Of a stretch of DNA of 40,478 bases, positions 16,466 to 25,938 are shown one piece after another. The notes under the pieces were generated by a model that was not told the DNA's origin, searched no databases, and saw only the letters and a list, made by a program, of their open reading frames with translations. Every line of letters begins with the position of its first letter. Within the stretch, counting starts at the first letter, position 1. The position numbers and the translations under genes were made by a program. Source of the stretch: Escherichia phage PhiNW-B1; the sequence record PQ476010.1. One strand, given 5' to 3'.

Positions 16466-16630
16466 GTGTTAAAGAAACTTAAAGCTCGATACCACATGTT
16501 CATGTACAAATGGTGGAGCGATGAAGCAACCTGCCTGTCGAACATTCTGGGAGACCAGCGGTTCAACTCTGAGGCATGGAAGAAAGCTAACCGGAAGTTC
16601 ATGTATCACTTCTTGCGTACAGACTTCTAG
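16466..16630 (+). CDS. hypothetical small protein (54 aa, GTG start)
   Basis: GGAGG 7 nt upstream of GTG 16466; VLKKLKARYHMFMYKWWSDEATC... Confidence 0.4.
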   Translation: MLKKLKARYHMFMYKWWSDEATCLSNILGDQRFNSEAWKKANRKFMYHFLRTDF

Positions 16631-16632
16631 GT

Positions 16633-16673
16633 CTAGACTCAAGGTCATTCATAGCGAGTGGCCTTTATGATTA
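16633..16673 (+). promoter_or_regulatory. conserved hairpin element (AAGGTCA / TGGCCTT) upstream of DNA polymerase gene
   Basis: arms 16641-16647 and 16659-16665; third copy of the TAGACTCAAGGTCAT...GTGGCCTTTATGATTAA element. Confidence 0.4.
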
Positions 16674-16693
16674 AACTAAAGCGAGGATTAACC

Positions 16694-18865
16694 ATGTTTG
16701 ACCTTAAGAGTATCTGGGGTTCTGACATCGAGACCAACGGTCTCCTTGATACAGTCTCCCAGTTTCACTGTGGGGTCCTGATTAACGCCGAGTCGAATGA
16801 GACCCTTAAGTATGGGGTAGCTCCGATGGTCGGTATCGTCGGCGGCTTCAAAGAGTATGTTCATAAAGTGGAAGAGATTGCCGCATCACCTGATGGTATG
16901 CTGGTATTCCATAACGGTATCAACTATGACGTCCCGGCTATAGACAAGCTGAAGCGTTTGTACTTTGGGAAACGCTTTAACTTCCAGAAACATAAGATGA
17001 TTGATACCTTGGTGCTGGGACGCTTGATGTATCCAAACATTAAGTTCTCAGACATGGGCGCGGTGAAAGCTGGTCGTCTGCCACCTAAGATGATGGGACG
17101 CCAGTCTCTTGAGGCTTGGGGCTATCGTCTCGGTGAGATGAAAGGTGAGTACAAACACGATTACGTTGCCAAGTGCAAGGCTGAAGGTATCGAATATAAG
17201 GCTGGGGACGAATGGTTGTTCCCGTCTCAGGAGATGCTGGACTATAACGTTCAAGACGTTGTGGTCACACTGGCGTTGTTCAAGAAGTTCCTGACTGACA
17301 AGTATTACTTCCAGTCTGAACAGTTCGCTTTCGACCAGATTTATGCGTTGCGTCTGGAACATGATGCTGCGTGGACCTGTGCGAAGATGGAGCGTAACGG
17401 CTATCCGATGAACACCGAGATGGTCGAAGGCTTATATCGTGAACTCACTGTCAAACGTGCAGAGTTGCTGGACAAGCTGCGTTCGACTTTCGGTAGCTGG
17501 TACGCACCAAAGGGAGGCAAGGAGTTCTTCAGGCATCCACGGACAGGTAAGGACCTTCCGAAGTATCCGAGGGTCGTGTATCCTAAGGTCGGTGGCATCT
17601 TTAAGAAGCCGAAGAACAAAGCTCAACGCTTAGGTCTTGAACCTTGTGAACGCGATACGCGAGACACGATGGAAGGAGCACCATTCACGCCAATCACTTA
17701 CGTTGAGTTTAATCCGGGAAGCGGAGACCACTTAGCGAAAGTCCTGATGGAGCGTGGCTGGGAGCCTGTTGACTTCACTGACACCGGGAAACCTGTAGTC
17801 GATGACGAGACGTTGGAACACGTTAAGTTACCAGACGCAGAGGCTCAGGCTTGCGTAGAGCTGGTCCGTGAGTATCTGGTAGTCCAGAAGCGCATCGGAC
17901 AGGCTGCTGAAGGTAAGAACGCATGGTTGAAACTTGTAGGTCCAGACGGACGTATGCACGGTTCAATCAACCCTTGTGGAGCAGTAACCGGACGTGCGAC
18001 CCATAGTTCACCAAACATGGCTCAGGTCCCGGCTAACGGTGCTCCATACGGTGAGACTTGCCGTGGTGCTTTCGGTGCAGCGTGGAACAAGAAGGACGGT
18101 AAGCCAGACCCTTGGATTCAAGTAGGCGTGGATGCTTCAGGTCTTGAGCTTCGTTGTCTGGGGAACCGAGCGGCTCCGTTTGATGGTGGCGCCTATGCGA
18201 AGACTGTGGTCGAAGGTGACATCCACTGGGCCAACGCAGTCAACGCTGGGTTAGCACCTAACGTCCCACGCAATAAGTCCAGCCACGACCATGATGCTTT
18301 CCGTAACAACGCTAAGACGTTCATCTATGCGTTCCTATATGGTGCAGGGGCCGCGAAGATTGGACTGATAGTTGGCGGTGGTAAGAAGGAAGGTTCAGCT
18401 CTCATGAAGAAATTCATTGAGGGTACACCAGCCATTAAGGACCTCAGGGAAGCTGTCAGTAATACGTTAATCTCGGACTCTAAGTGGGTAGACGGTGAGA
18501 ACATCGTGAAGTGGAAACGCCGCTGGCTGAAGGGTCTGGATGGTCGTCGCATTCACATCCGGTCCCCGCACTCAGCACTTAACGCCCTACTTCAGGGTGA
18601 CGGTGCGGTGGTCTGTAAGCACTGGATAGTCGAGACCGAGCGTATGCTTGAAGAAGCTGGCTATGTCCACGGCTGGGAAGGTGACTTTGCGTACATGGCT
18701 TGGGTTCACGATGAGCTGCAAATTGCGTGTCGTACTCAGGAGATTGCCGAAGAAGTCGTCAAGATTGCTCAACTTGCTATGCGTAAGGTGGGCGAGTTCT
18801 ATAACTTTAAATGCGTCCTTGACACCGAAGGGAAGATTGGACCAACGTGGAAGGAGTGCCATTGA
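16694..18865 (+). CDS. 5: DNA polymerase (T7 gp5 homolog, family A)
   Basis: SDIETN.LL..V.QFHCGV, GSWY.PKGG.E.F.HPRTGK.LPKYPR, NAKTFIYAFLYGAG, YMAWVHDELQ; start at ATG 16694 (RBS GAGGA) since track GTG start lies inside the hairpin. Confidence 0.97.
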   Translation: MFDLKSIWGSDIETNGLLDTVSQFHCGVLINAESNETLKYGVAPMVGIVGGFKEYVHKVEEIAASPDGMLVFHNGINYDVPAIDKLKRLYFGKRFNFQKHKMIDTLVLGRLMYPNIKFSDMGAVKAGRLPPKMMGRQSLEAWGYRLGEMKGEYKHDYVAKCKAEGIEYKAGDEWLFPSQEMLDYNVQDVVVTLALFKKFLTDKYYFQSEQFAFDQIYALRLEHDAAWTCAKMERNGYPMNTEMVEGLYRELTVKRAELLDKLRSTFGSWYAPKGGKEFFRHPRTGKDLPKYPRVVYPKVGGIFKKPKNKAQRLGLEPCERDTRDTMEGAPFTPITYVEFNPGSGDHLAKVLMERGWEPVDFTDTGKPVVDDETLEHVKLPDAEAQACVELVREYLVVQKRIGQAAEGKNAWLKLVGPDGRMHGSINPCGAVTGRATHSSPNMAQVPANGAPYGETCRGAFGAAWNKKDGKPDPWIQVGVDASGLELRCLGNRAAPFDGGAYAKTVVEGDIHWANAVNAGLAPNVPRNKSSHDHDAFRNNAKTFIYAFLYGAGAAKIGLIVGGGKKEGSALMKKFIEGTPAIKDLREAVSNTLISDSKWVDGENIVKWKRRWLKGLDGRRIHIRSPHSALNALLQGDGAVVCKHWIVETERMLEEAGYVHGWEGDFAYMAWVHDELQIACRTQEIAEEVVKIAQLAMRKVGEFYNFKCVLDTEGKIGPTWKECH

Positions 18866-19026
18866 TGAAGAAGCAGACCTTTACAAGACAGGAGGTCATA
18901 GACCTTATGAGAAGTGCTTGGTGGAGTGGTCACGAGACCTCTCGCTATTGCCCGAACTTGTCAGGGTCTTGTGCTTCTGACATCCGTGAGCTTCTTACAC
19001 CTGATGCCGAAGAGGAGAAAGACTAA
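18865..19026 (+). CDS. hypothetical small Cys-containing protein (53 aa)
   Basis: ATG overlaps gene 5 stop (TGATG); AAGGAG 8 nt upstream. Confidence 0.45.
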   Translation: MKKQTFTRQEVIDLMRSAWWSGHETSRYCPNLSGSCASDIRELLTPDAEEEKD

Positions 19027-19316
19027 TGGCTATGACCAAACGTATGCGAGTATCGTTCTCGCTGGGTGCTGTGCTATCTACTGAAGACGTGAAGCAGTTC
19101 GAGAAGTCTCTCTGTGAGCTGAGCCGTAAGGTCCTGAACGGTGAGAAAGTCTCAGGGTTCGAGCGTAAGATGGTTGAAGTTGGCGTGACTGAAGGTCTGG
19201 AAGCTGTAGTCGAGCTGGTCTTCAAGAAAGGTATCGTCGATGGTCTGAAAGAGGACCTGAGCCACTACGCCGACCAACCGTCCTTCGGTGACTTCCGAGT
19301 GGAGTTCAAACGATGA
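19026..19316 (+). CDS. 5.5: gp5.5-like protein (T7 gp5.5 binds H-NS)
   Basis: N-terminus MAMTKRMRVSF versus T7 MAMTKKFKVSF by recall. Confidence 0.8.
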   Translation: MAMTKRMRVSFSLGAVLSTEDVKQFEKSLCELSRKVLNGEKVSGFERKMVEVGVTEGLEAVVELVFKKGIVDGLKEDLSHYADQPSFGDFRVEFKR

Positions 19317-19522
19317 GCGAATACTTACGGGTCCTCGCGGCCCTTAAGTCCTGCCCGAAGACCTTCCAGTCCAACTATGTGCGCAACAACGCTGCACTGG
19401 TGGCTGAGGCTGCGAGTCGTGGACATCTAAGCTGCCTGTCTATGGACGGGCGTAACAACGGTGCGTGGGAGATTACCGCTGCTGACACCAAGTTCCTGAA
19501 CCAACATGGAGGCTGTCTATGA
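19313..19522 (+). CDS. 5.7: gp5.7-like protein
   Basis: MSEYL.VL.A.KSCPKTFQSNYVRNNA.LVAEAASRGH.SCL...GRN.GAWEITA almost co-linear with T7 gp5.7 by recall. Confidence 0.85.
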   Translation: MSEYLRVLAALKSCPKTFQSNYVRNNAALVAEAASRGHLSCLSMDGRNNGAWEITAADTKFLNQHGGCL

Positions 19523-19968
19523 AGATACCTGAAAGTCTGAAAGAGCTGGTCCTTGAAAGGGGTGAGTGCGAGATGACGCACCGTAAGTATGCTGAGTTCT
19601 ACGCATCTTGGTCTTACACCCTGACCGAGAAGGACGTTGAGTCCTACACCGAGTCTCCTTCTGATGCTTATGAGTGGAGTCCGTTCATCGGACTGACCAT
19701 CGTAGCTAGCGGTATGGGGGATGACAGCTACGGCTCAGAGGTAAACGACTGGGACGTGTACCGCCAAGTTGAGAAGGAGACCGAAATGTCTTCCAACTTC
19801 TGGAGCCTGATGTCCCACCTCAACTCAGATGACAACGACATGGCCCATGAGTTCGCCAACAAATGGTTGAAGCCTGAGGTGACTCTGGAACGTATTGAGG
19901 AGCCTAAAGTTCCCTTGATGCCATATGCAGTCGCTATGGCTACAGGAGGTCTGGACGATGGGTGCTGA
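19519..19968 (+). CDS. hypothetical acidic protein (149 aa) in the position of T7 gene 5.9
   Basis: GGAGG RBS; many D/E residues; no similarity to T7 gp5.9 recalled. Confidence 0.6.
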   Translation: MKIPESLKELVLERGECEMTHRKYAEFYASWSYTLTEKDVESYTESPSDAYEWSPFIGLTIVASGMGDDSYGSEVNDWDVYRQVEKETEMSSNFWSLMSHLNSDDNDMAHEFANKWLKPEVTLERIEEPKVPLMPYAVAMATGGLDDGC

Positions 19969-20827
19969 GAAGAAGATAGCTCTTGTTCTTGATGGCGATT
20001 ACCTAGTATTCTCTTCTATGGCTGCTGCCGAGGACGAGACAGACTGGGGTGATGACATCTGGACCCTTATCTGCGACCACGAGAAGGCTCGCCGTATCCT
20101 TGAGAACACCATCGCTGAAATCATTAAGAAGCGAAAGGCGTGGAAAGACGCTAAGATTGTGATGTGCTTCACCGATGACGTGAACTGGCGCAAGTCAATA
20201 TTACCTACCTATAAGGCCAACCGTAAAGGTTCTCGCAAGCCTGTAGGATACAAGAAGTTCGTAGCCGAAGTGATGGCTGACCCACGGTTCAACAGCTTCC
20301 TGCGTCCTACGCTTGAAGGTGATGACTGTATGGGCATCATCGGGACCCGACCTCAGATTGTCGGCTGTGATCATGCGGTTCTGGTATCCTGCGATAAGGA
20401 CTTCAAGACCATCCCGAACTGTGAGTTCTTCTGGTTAACCACTGGTGAAATCCTGAGTCATACGACTGCTGAGGCAGACTACTGGCACATGGAGCAAACC
20501 ATCAAGGGTGACACTACAGATGGCTACGGTGGCATTCCGGGGATGGGTGAGGACACCACTCGTGCGTTCCTTGACGAGCCGTACTACTTCGTGCAGGAGA
20601 GCCGTGAGCTTAAGACTGGTAAGAACAAAGGCCAGATTAAGACTGAGTGGAAGAAGTATCCAAAGCGTGAAGACATGACGCTGTGGGACTGCATGGTGAC
20701 TCTGGCTGCTAAAGCGGGGATGACCGAGGAGGAACTTCTGGTCCAAGCTCAGGTCGCTCGTATTTGTCGAGCCTCTGACTACGACCCTAAGTCAAAGGAG
20801 GTCATCCTGTGGACACCATCCATGTAA
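19958..20827 (+). CDS. 6: 5'-3' exonuclease (T7 gp6 homolog)
   Basis: LVLDGDYLVF, KANRK...KPVGY, SCDKDFKTIPNC, QTIKGD.TDGY.GI; start at ATG 19958 with AGGAGG upstream. Confidence 0.95.
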   Translation: MGAEKKIALVLDGDYLVFSSMAAAEDETDWGDDIWTLICDHEKARRILENTIAEIIKKRKAWKDAKIVMCFTDDVNWRKSILPTYKANRKGSRKPVGYKKFVAEVMADPRFNSFLRPTLEGDDCMGIIGTRPQIVGCDHAVLVSCDKDFKTIPNCEFFWLTTGEILSHTTAEADYWHMEQTIKGDTTDGYGGIPGMGEDTTRAFLDEPYYFVQESRELKTGKNKGQIKTEWKKYPKREDMTLWDCMVTLAAKAGMTEEELLVQAQVARICRASDYDPKSKEVILWTPSM

Positions 20828-20901
20828 TTTACTGGGCCGGACTTCTGGCCCTTTACTGCATGTACAAGTGGTTCGGGTCGAACAACCGCCCTAAACACTG
20901 A
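20809..20901 (+). CDS. small hydrophobic peptide (30 aa, GTG start), gp6.3-position
   Basis: AAGGAGGT exactly 6 nt upstream of GTG; VDTIHVIYWAGLLALYCMYKWFGSNNRPKH. Confidence 0.4.
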   Translation: MDTIHVIYWAGLLALYCMYKWFGSNNRPKH

Positions 20902-20953
20902 GTCTAACCGATAGTCATATCCTATCAATCCAACAGTCATCCATAGGTGAAAT

Positions 20954-20976
20954 ACTAAACTATCACTATAGGGACT
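20954..20976 (+). promoter_or_regulatory. phage RNAP promoter (phi6.5-like), +1 G at 20971
   Basis: ACTAAACTATCACTATAGGGACT. Confidence 0.75.
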
Positions 20977-21037
20977 TTAGGACCTAAGATATGACTATAA
21001 GATAGACTTTAGTCTTAACTTAAAGAGGAGATTCAAG

Positions 21038-21310
21038 ATGGCGATTAATGCTATTGAAAACGTTGTTAAGCAGTTACAGGAAGAAAGACTTGATGTCCCT
21101 AACATCTCCCAGTCTGCCATCCAGTTCCTGCACGTATTGTTCAACGCAAGCTATGCTGAGAAGATGGGAGCTATCAGTCTCCTCAAGCAGCAAGGCTACA
21201 GCGATGCGTTCATTGCCGGGTTCATCAAGGGTCTCCAGTATTGTTCTGACACTCTCGACTCTGCGATTGCTATGCGTCGTGAGCTGAAAGATACCGTTCA
21301 GTTCGATTAA
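21038..21310 (+). CDS. gp6.5-position hypothetical protein
   Basis: 90-aa ORF downstream of promoter; RBS AGAGGAGA. Confidence 0.65.
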   Translation: MAINAIENVVKQLQEERLDVPNISQSAIQFLHVLFNASYAEKMGAISLLKQQGYSDAFIAGFIKGLQYCSDTLDSAIAMRRELKDTVQFD

Positions 21311-21324
21311 CTGTAGGAGGGACT

Positions 21325-21549
21325 ATGTGTTTCAGTCCAAAGATTAGCACTCAGAAGCCTTCGGTCCAAGCACCTGAACCAGCACCTCTGAGTGAGGAAG
21401 TTGCGTCAGTTGACATCGGGGCTGAATCGGATGTTGACACCAACAAGACCAAAGGTATCAAAGACCTGAAGGTCAAGAAGGAGTCTGCACCTAAAGATAA
21501 ATCGTCAGTTAGCCGCGCTATGCGAGCCTCTGGCGTCAACATGGGGTAA
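21325..21549 (+). CDS. 6.7: gp6.7-like virion protein
   Basis: N-terminus MCFSPKI...PEPAPL as in T7 gp6.7 by recall. Confidence 0.8.
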   Translation: MCFSPKISTQKPSVQAPEPAPLSEEVASVDIGAESDVDTNKTKGIKDLKVKKESAPKDKSSVSRAMRASGVNMG

Positions 21550-21553
21550 GACA

Positions 21554-21958
21554 ATGCTACCATATCTCAACTCACGCGAAGGTCGCCACATGTGCGCTTG
21601 TCGCCTCTGGGAAGACGGGCAGTCTAACTTCAAGTCATTCGAGGACTTCAAGGCTCATACTTACCGTATGGCTGACGAGTTCGATGGTGAAGAGTACACA
21701 ATCTACGATGTCTCAGGTCAACCAGTAGCGTATCTCTACATGCTGGCTACCGCATCTTGGCACCGACCGACTCCCGGTCTTGACCTTTCAATCGTCGCTA
21801 TCCGTCGTGACTCGCAGTCCTCCCGTAAGGTTCTTGAGACTGTCAGGCACATCATAGACGAAGAGTGCAAGCGTTGGGGTCTTGGCTGGTATTCTCGTGT
21901 CAAGCATGTTTCCGGGTCGGTAGACATCGTAACAACTAAGGAGATTAATCGTGGGTAA
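21554..21958 (+). CDS. 7: gp7-position protein (T7 gp7 host-range/virion protein)
   Basis: 134 aa (T7 gp7 is 133); position between 6.7 and 7.3. Confidence 0.7.
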   Translation: MLPYLNSREGRHMCACRLWEDGQSNFKSFEDFKAHTYRMADEFDGEEYTIYDVSGQPVAYLYMLATASWHRPTPGLDLSIVAIRRDSQSSRKVLETVRHIIDEECKRWGLGWYSRVKHVSGSVDIVTTKEINRG

Positions 21959-22199
21959 ATCAATCAGTAAGGCATTCAAGAAAGTGGTGAAAAGTACGCT
22001 AGGGACCGTTGGTCTCGGCTCTGATGACGCGCCTAAGGTTGTTGAGGCTCAGACCCCAGCAGCACCAGTGGAAGTACCGAACGACAAAGTGGAGGATGTG
22101 GATACTGAAACAACCGCATCTGACGAGAAGAAAGTGAAGCGTTCCGGTAAGCGTAGTCTTCAGGTCTCTCGTACCTCTGGTGGCGGTATTTCTATATAG
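21951..22199 (+). CDS. 7.3: gp7.3-like tail assembly protein
   Basis: lysine-rich N-terminus and C-terminal SGKRSLQVSRTSGGGISI (T7 ...SLSVARSSGGGINI); GTG start with TAAGGAGA upstream. Confidence 0.85.
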   Translation: MGKSISKAFKKVVKSTLGTVGLGSDDAPKVVEAQTPAAPVEVPNDKVEDVDTETTASDEKKVKRSGKRSLQVSRTSGGGISI

Positions 22200-22209
22200 G
22201 AGGTGACGA

Positions 22210-23778
22210 ATGGCTGAACGTGAAGGGTTCGCTGCTGAAGGAGCCAAAGCGGTCTATGACCGACTGAAGAACGGTAGACAGCCATATGAGACACGCGCTC
22301 AGAACTGTGCTGCTGTCACTATCCCGTCACTGTTTCCTAAGGAGTCCGACAACTCGTCTACTGAGTACACAACTCCGTGGCAAGCTGTAGGTGCTCGATG
22401 TTTGAACAACTTGGCTGCAAAGCTGATGTTGGCATTATTCCCTCAGTCACCGTGGATGCGACTGACAGTCTCCGAATATGAGGCCAAGACCTTGAGTCAG
22501 GACTCAGAGGCTGCTGCTCGTGTTGACGAAGGGCTTGCTATGGTCGAGCGTGTGTTGATGGCCTACATGGAGACTAACAGTTTCCGTGTGCCATTGTTCG
22601 AAGCTCTGAAGCAGCTTATCGTCTCCGGTAACTGTCTGCTTTACATTCCAGAGCCTGAACAGGGTACTTACAGTCCTATGCGAATGTACCGCTTAGTGTC
22701 ATACGTTGTTCAACGTGATGCTTTCGGTAATATCTTGCAGATTGTGACTCTCGACAAGGTAGCGTTTAGTGCTCTACCGGAAGACGTTAAGTCACAACTC
22801 AACGCAGACGACTATGAGCCTGACACCGAGCTGGAAGTATATACGCACATCTACCGTCAGGACGATGAGTATCTGCGCTACGAGGAAGTGGAAGGCATTG
22901 AGGTAACAGGGACCGATGGTTCCTACCCGCTGACTGCATGTCCATACATCCCGGTACGAATGGTTCGACTGGATGGTGAAGACTACGGTCGTTCTTACTG
23001 CGAGGAGTATCTGGGAGACCTGAACTCGCTGGAGACGATTACAGAAGCTATCACCAAAATGGCTAAGGTAGCCTCCAAAGTGGTGGGCCTCGTTAACCCG
23101 AACGGTATCACGCAACCTCGTCGTCTGAATAAGGCGGCTACAGGTGAGTTCGTGGCTGGTCGCGTTGAGGACATCAACTTCCTGCAACTGACGAAAGGTC
23201 AGGACTTTACGATTGCTAAATCGGTGGCTGACGCTATCGAGCAACGTCTAGGCTGGGCCTTCCTTCTTAATAGTGCTGTTCAGCGTAATGCCGAGCGAGT
23301 CACTGCCGAAGAGATTCGTTATGTTGCTGGCGAACTGGAGGCGACCTTAGGTGGCGTGTACTCAGTACAGTCACAAGAGCTTCAGTTACCTATCGTCCGT
23401 GTGCTGATGAACCAACTTCAGTCTGCTGGCATGATTCCTGACCTTCCGAAAGAAGCGGTAGAGCCTACGGTCTCCACTGGTCTGGAAGCTCTGGGCCGTG
23501 GTCAGGACTTGGAGAAGCTGACTCAGGCGGTTAACATGATGACAGGTCTTCAGCCGCTATCTCAGGACCCGGACATCAACTTGCCGACCCTTAAGCTGCG
23601 CCTCCTGAACGCTCTGGGCATCGACACCGCTGGCCTACTCCTGACGCAAGACGAGAAGATTCAGCGCATGGCTGAGCAGTCGTCTCAACAGGCAGTTGTC
23701 CAAGGTGCTAGTGCTGCTGGTGCTAACATGGGTGCTGCTGTAGGTCAAGGAGCTGGTGAGGACATGGCTCAAGCCTAA
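22210..23778 (+). CDS. 8: portal (head-tail connector) protein (T7 gp8 homolog)
   Basis: YETRAQNCA, TPWQAVGAR.LNNLA.KLMLALFP, YVVQRDAFGN, RMVRLDGE.YGRSY.EEYLGDL, VTAEEIRYVA.ELE.TLGGVYS. Confidence 0.98.
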   Translation: MAEREGFAAEGAKAVYDRLKNGRQPYETRAQNCAAVTIPSLFPKESDNSSTEYTTPWQAVGARCLNNLAAKLMLALFPQSPWMRLTVSEYEAKTLSQDSEAAARVDEGLAMVERVLMAYMETNSFRVPLFEALKQLIVSGNCLLYIPEPEQGTYSPMRMYRLVSYVVQRDAFGNILQIVTLDKVAFSALPEDVKSQLNADDYEPDTELEVYTHIYRQDDEYLRYEEVEGIEVTGTDGSYPLTACPYIPVRMVRLDGEDYGRSYCEEYLGDLNSLETITEAITKMAKVASKVVGLVNPNGITQPRRLNKAATGEFVAGRVEDINFLQLTKGQDFTIAKSVADAIEQRLGWAFLLNSAVQRNAERVTAEEIRYVAGELEATLGGVYSVQSQELQLPIVRVLMNQLQSAGMIPDLPKEAVEPTVSTGLEALGRGQDLEKLTQAVNMMTGLQPLSQDPDINLPTLKLRLLNALGIDTAGLLLTQDEKIQRMAEQSSQQAVVQGASAAGANMGAAVGQGAGEDMAQA

Positions 23779-23796
23779 ACTATCACTATAGGAACA
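23774..23796 (+). promoter_or_regulatory. phage RNAP promoter (phi9-like), +1 G at 23791
   Basis: CCTAAACTATCACTATAGGAACA overlapping gene 8 stop codon. Confidence 0.75.
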
Positions 23797-23886
23797 GCAC
23801 AACTTGAGTGAGTGAACGCATGGCCAGCCGTAACGGGATGGCAGGTTGTTGTGTTTCCTATTAACGACTTAAAGGAGAATGACTTA

Positions 23887-24768
23887 ATGTCTCAATCAGT
23901 TTATGCCGAGTTCGGCGTTAGCTCTAATGCAATCACTGGTTCCGTTGAGGACCTGAACGAACACCAGAAGTCTATGCTTGAACAGGACGTAGCTGTTCGT
24001 GATGGCGATGACGCTATTACCTTCAAGCAACTGGAAGCCGAAAACGAAGAGGCGACCGAAGAAGACGAGAACGTCGAAGAGGCTGAAGGTGAAGACCACG
24101 AGTCCGATGACGAAGAGTCTGAGACAGATGGTGAGCAGCCTGAGTTCATTGAACTGGGTGATGCACCTAAAGAGCTGACCGAAAGTGTCACCGCTCTGGA
24201 TGAAAACGAAGCTGCATTTGACGACATGGTGTCTTCTGCTGTAGAAGCCGGCAAGGTCACTGCTGATGAAATTACCGCTATCAAGGCTGAATACGCCAAG
24301 GACGGTAAGCTGTCTGACGCATCCTACGCTAAGTTGCAGGAAGCAGGTTACACCAAGCGCTTCGTAGATTCGTTTGTCCGTGGTCAGGAAGCTCTGGCTG
24401 AACAGTATGCTGCTGGTGTGGTTCGCTACGCTGGTGGTGCTGAACAGTTTAATCGCATCCTGTCACACCTTGAGTCAAACGACCCATCAACTCGTGAAGC
24501 ACTGGAAGCTGCTATCGTTCGCAAGGACATTGCTACTACCAAAGCTCTGCTGAATCTGGCTGGCAAGACTCTGGGTAAAGCTGTGGGTGTTAAACCACAG
24601 CGTACCATCACCACTCAGGCTAAACCTGTGGTAGCACCTAAGGCTCCTCAGACAGAAGCATTCAGCTCAAAGTCTGACATGATTAAGGCTATGAGTGACC
24701 CGCGATACCTGCGTGACGCTAAATACACGATGGAAGTTCGCGCTAAGGTAGCTGCCTCAAGCCTGTAG
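23887..24768 (+). CDS. 9: capsid assembly scaffolding protein (T7 gp9 homolog)
   Basis: VYA.FGV.S....GSVE, acidic middle, GYTK.F.DS..RGQEAL.EQY, MIKAMSDPRY; start at ATG 23887 with AAGGAG upstream (track start 23812 lacks RBS). Confidence 0.9.
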   Translation: MSQSVYAEFGVSSNAITGSVEDLNEHQKSMLEQDVAVRDGDDAITFKQLEAENEEATEEDENVEEAEGEDHESDDEESETDGEQPEFIELGDAPKELTESVTALDENEAAFDDMVSSAVEAGKVTADEITAIKAEYAKDGKLSDASYAKLQEAGYTKRFVDSFVRGQEALAEQYAAGVVRYAGGAEQFNRILSHLESNDPSTREALEAAIVRKDIATTKALLNLAGKTLGKAVGVKPQRTITTQAKPVVAPKAPQTEAFSSKSDMIKAMSDPRYLRDAKYTMEVRAKVAASSL

Positions 24769-24769
24769 G

Positions 24770-24792
24770 ACTAAACTATCACTATAGGGATA
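24770..24792 (+). promoter_or_regulatory. phage RNAP promoter (phi10-like), +1 G at 24787
   Basis: ACTAAACTATCACTATAGGGATA; about 100 nt upstream of capsid gene. Confidence 0.8.
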
Positions 24793-24894
24793 CCAAGAGA
24801 TAGACTCAAGGTTTCCCTATTACTTCAGTCCATACGGATTGGGCATACAGTAAGTAATAAACTTTATCTTTCAATTGAATAGGAGAATTATCAT

Positions 24895-25938
24895 ATGGCA
24901 AACGTTCCGGGTCAGAAAATTGGTACAGACCAAGGTAAAGGCAAATCCAGTTCCGACGCTCTGGCGTTGTTCCTGAAGGTATTTGCTGGTGAAGTCCTGA
25001 CCGCATTCACTCGCCGCTCTGTAACTGCTGACAAGCATATTGTCCGTACCATTCAGAACGGTAAGTCTGCTCAGTTCCCTGTCATGGGTCGCACCTCTGG
25101 TGTGTATCTGGCTCCTGGTGAGCGACTGTCCGATAAGCGTAAAGGTATCAAACATACCGAGAAAGTGATTACCATTGATGGTCTGCTGACTGCCGATGTG
25201 ATGATTTTCGACATTGAAGACGCGATGAACCACTATGACGTGGCTGGCGAGTACTCCAACCAGTTGGGTGAGGCTCTGGCTATCGCTGCCGATGGTGCGG
25301 TTCTGGCTGAAATGGCTCTCCTGTGTAACCTCCCGGCTGCATCCAACGAGAACATTGCCGGTCTGGGCACTGCGTCAGTACTTGAAGTTGGTACTAAAGC
25401 CGCCCTGAACACTCCGGCTAAGCTGGGTGAAGCAATCATCGGTCAACTGACCATTGCTCGTGCGAAGCTGACCTCCAACTACGTTCCTGCTGGCGACCGT
25501 TACTTCTACACCACGCCGGACAACTACTCTGCAATCCTCGCGGCTCTGATGCCGAACGCTGCTAACTATGCTGCGCTGATTGATCCAGAGACTGGTAACA
25601 TCCGTAACGTGATGGGCTTCGTTGTTGTTGAAGTCCCGCATCTGGTACAGGGTGGCGCTGGTGAGACTCGTGGTGACGATGGCATCTCTATCGCTTCCGG
25701 TCAGAAACACGCATTCCCGGCAACTGCTACTGGCGACGTTAAAGTTGCTATGGACAACGTTGTGGGTCTGTTCTCTCACCGTTCTGCTGTGGGTACTGTG
25801 AAGCTGCGTGACTTGGCGCTGGAACGCGACCGTGACGTCGATGCTCAGGGTGACCTGATTGTGGGTAAATACGCTATGGGTCACGGTGGTCTGCGTCCTG
25901 AAGCGGCTGGCGCACTGGTTTTCAGCCCAGCGGCGTAA
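24895..25938 (+). CDS. 10A: major capsid protein 10A
   Basis: 347 aa (T7 10A is 345); position after scaffold; strong RBS; followed by Tphi-like terminator. Confidence 0.97.
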   Translation: MANVPGQKIGTDQGKGKSSSDALALFLKVFAGEVLTAFTRRSVTADKHIVRTIQNGKSAQFPVMGRTSGVYLAPGERLSDKRKGIKHTEKVITIDGLLTADVMIFDIEDAMNHYDVAGEYSNQLGEALAIAADGAVLAEMALLCNLPAASNENIAGLGTASVLEVGTKAALNTPAKLGEAIIGQLTIARAKLTSNYVPAGDRYFYTTPDNYSAILAALMPNAANYAALIDPETGNIRNVMGFVVVEVPHLVQGGAGETRGDDGISIASGQKHAFPATATGDVKVAMDNVVGLFSHRSAVGTVKLRDLALERDRDVDAQGDLIVGKYAMGHGGLRPEAAGALVFSPAA

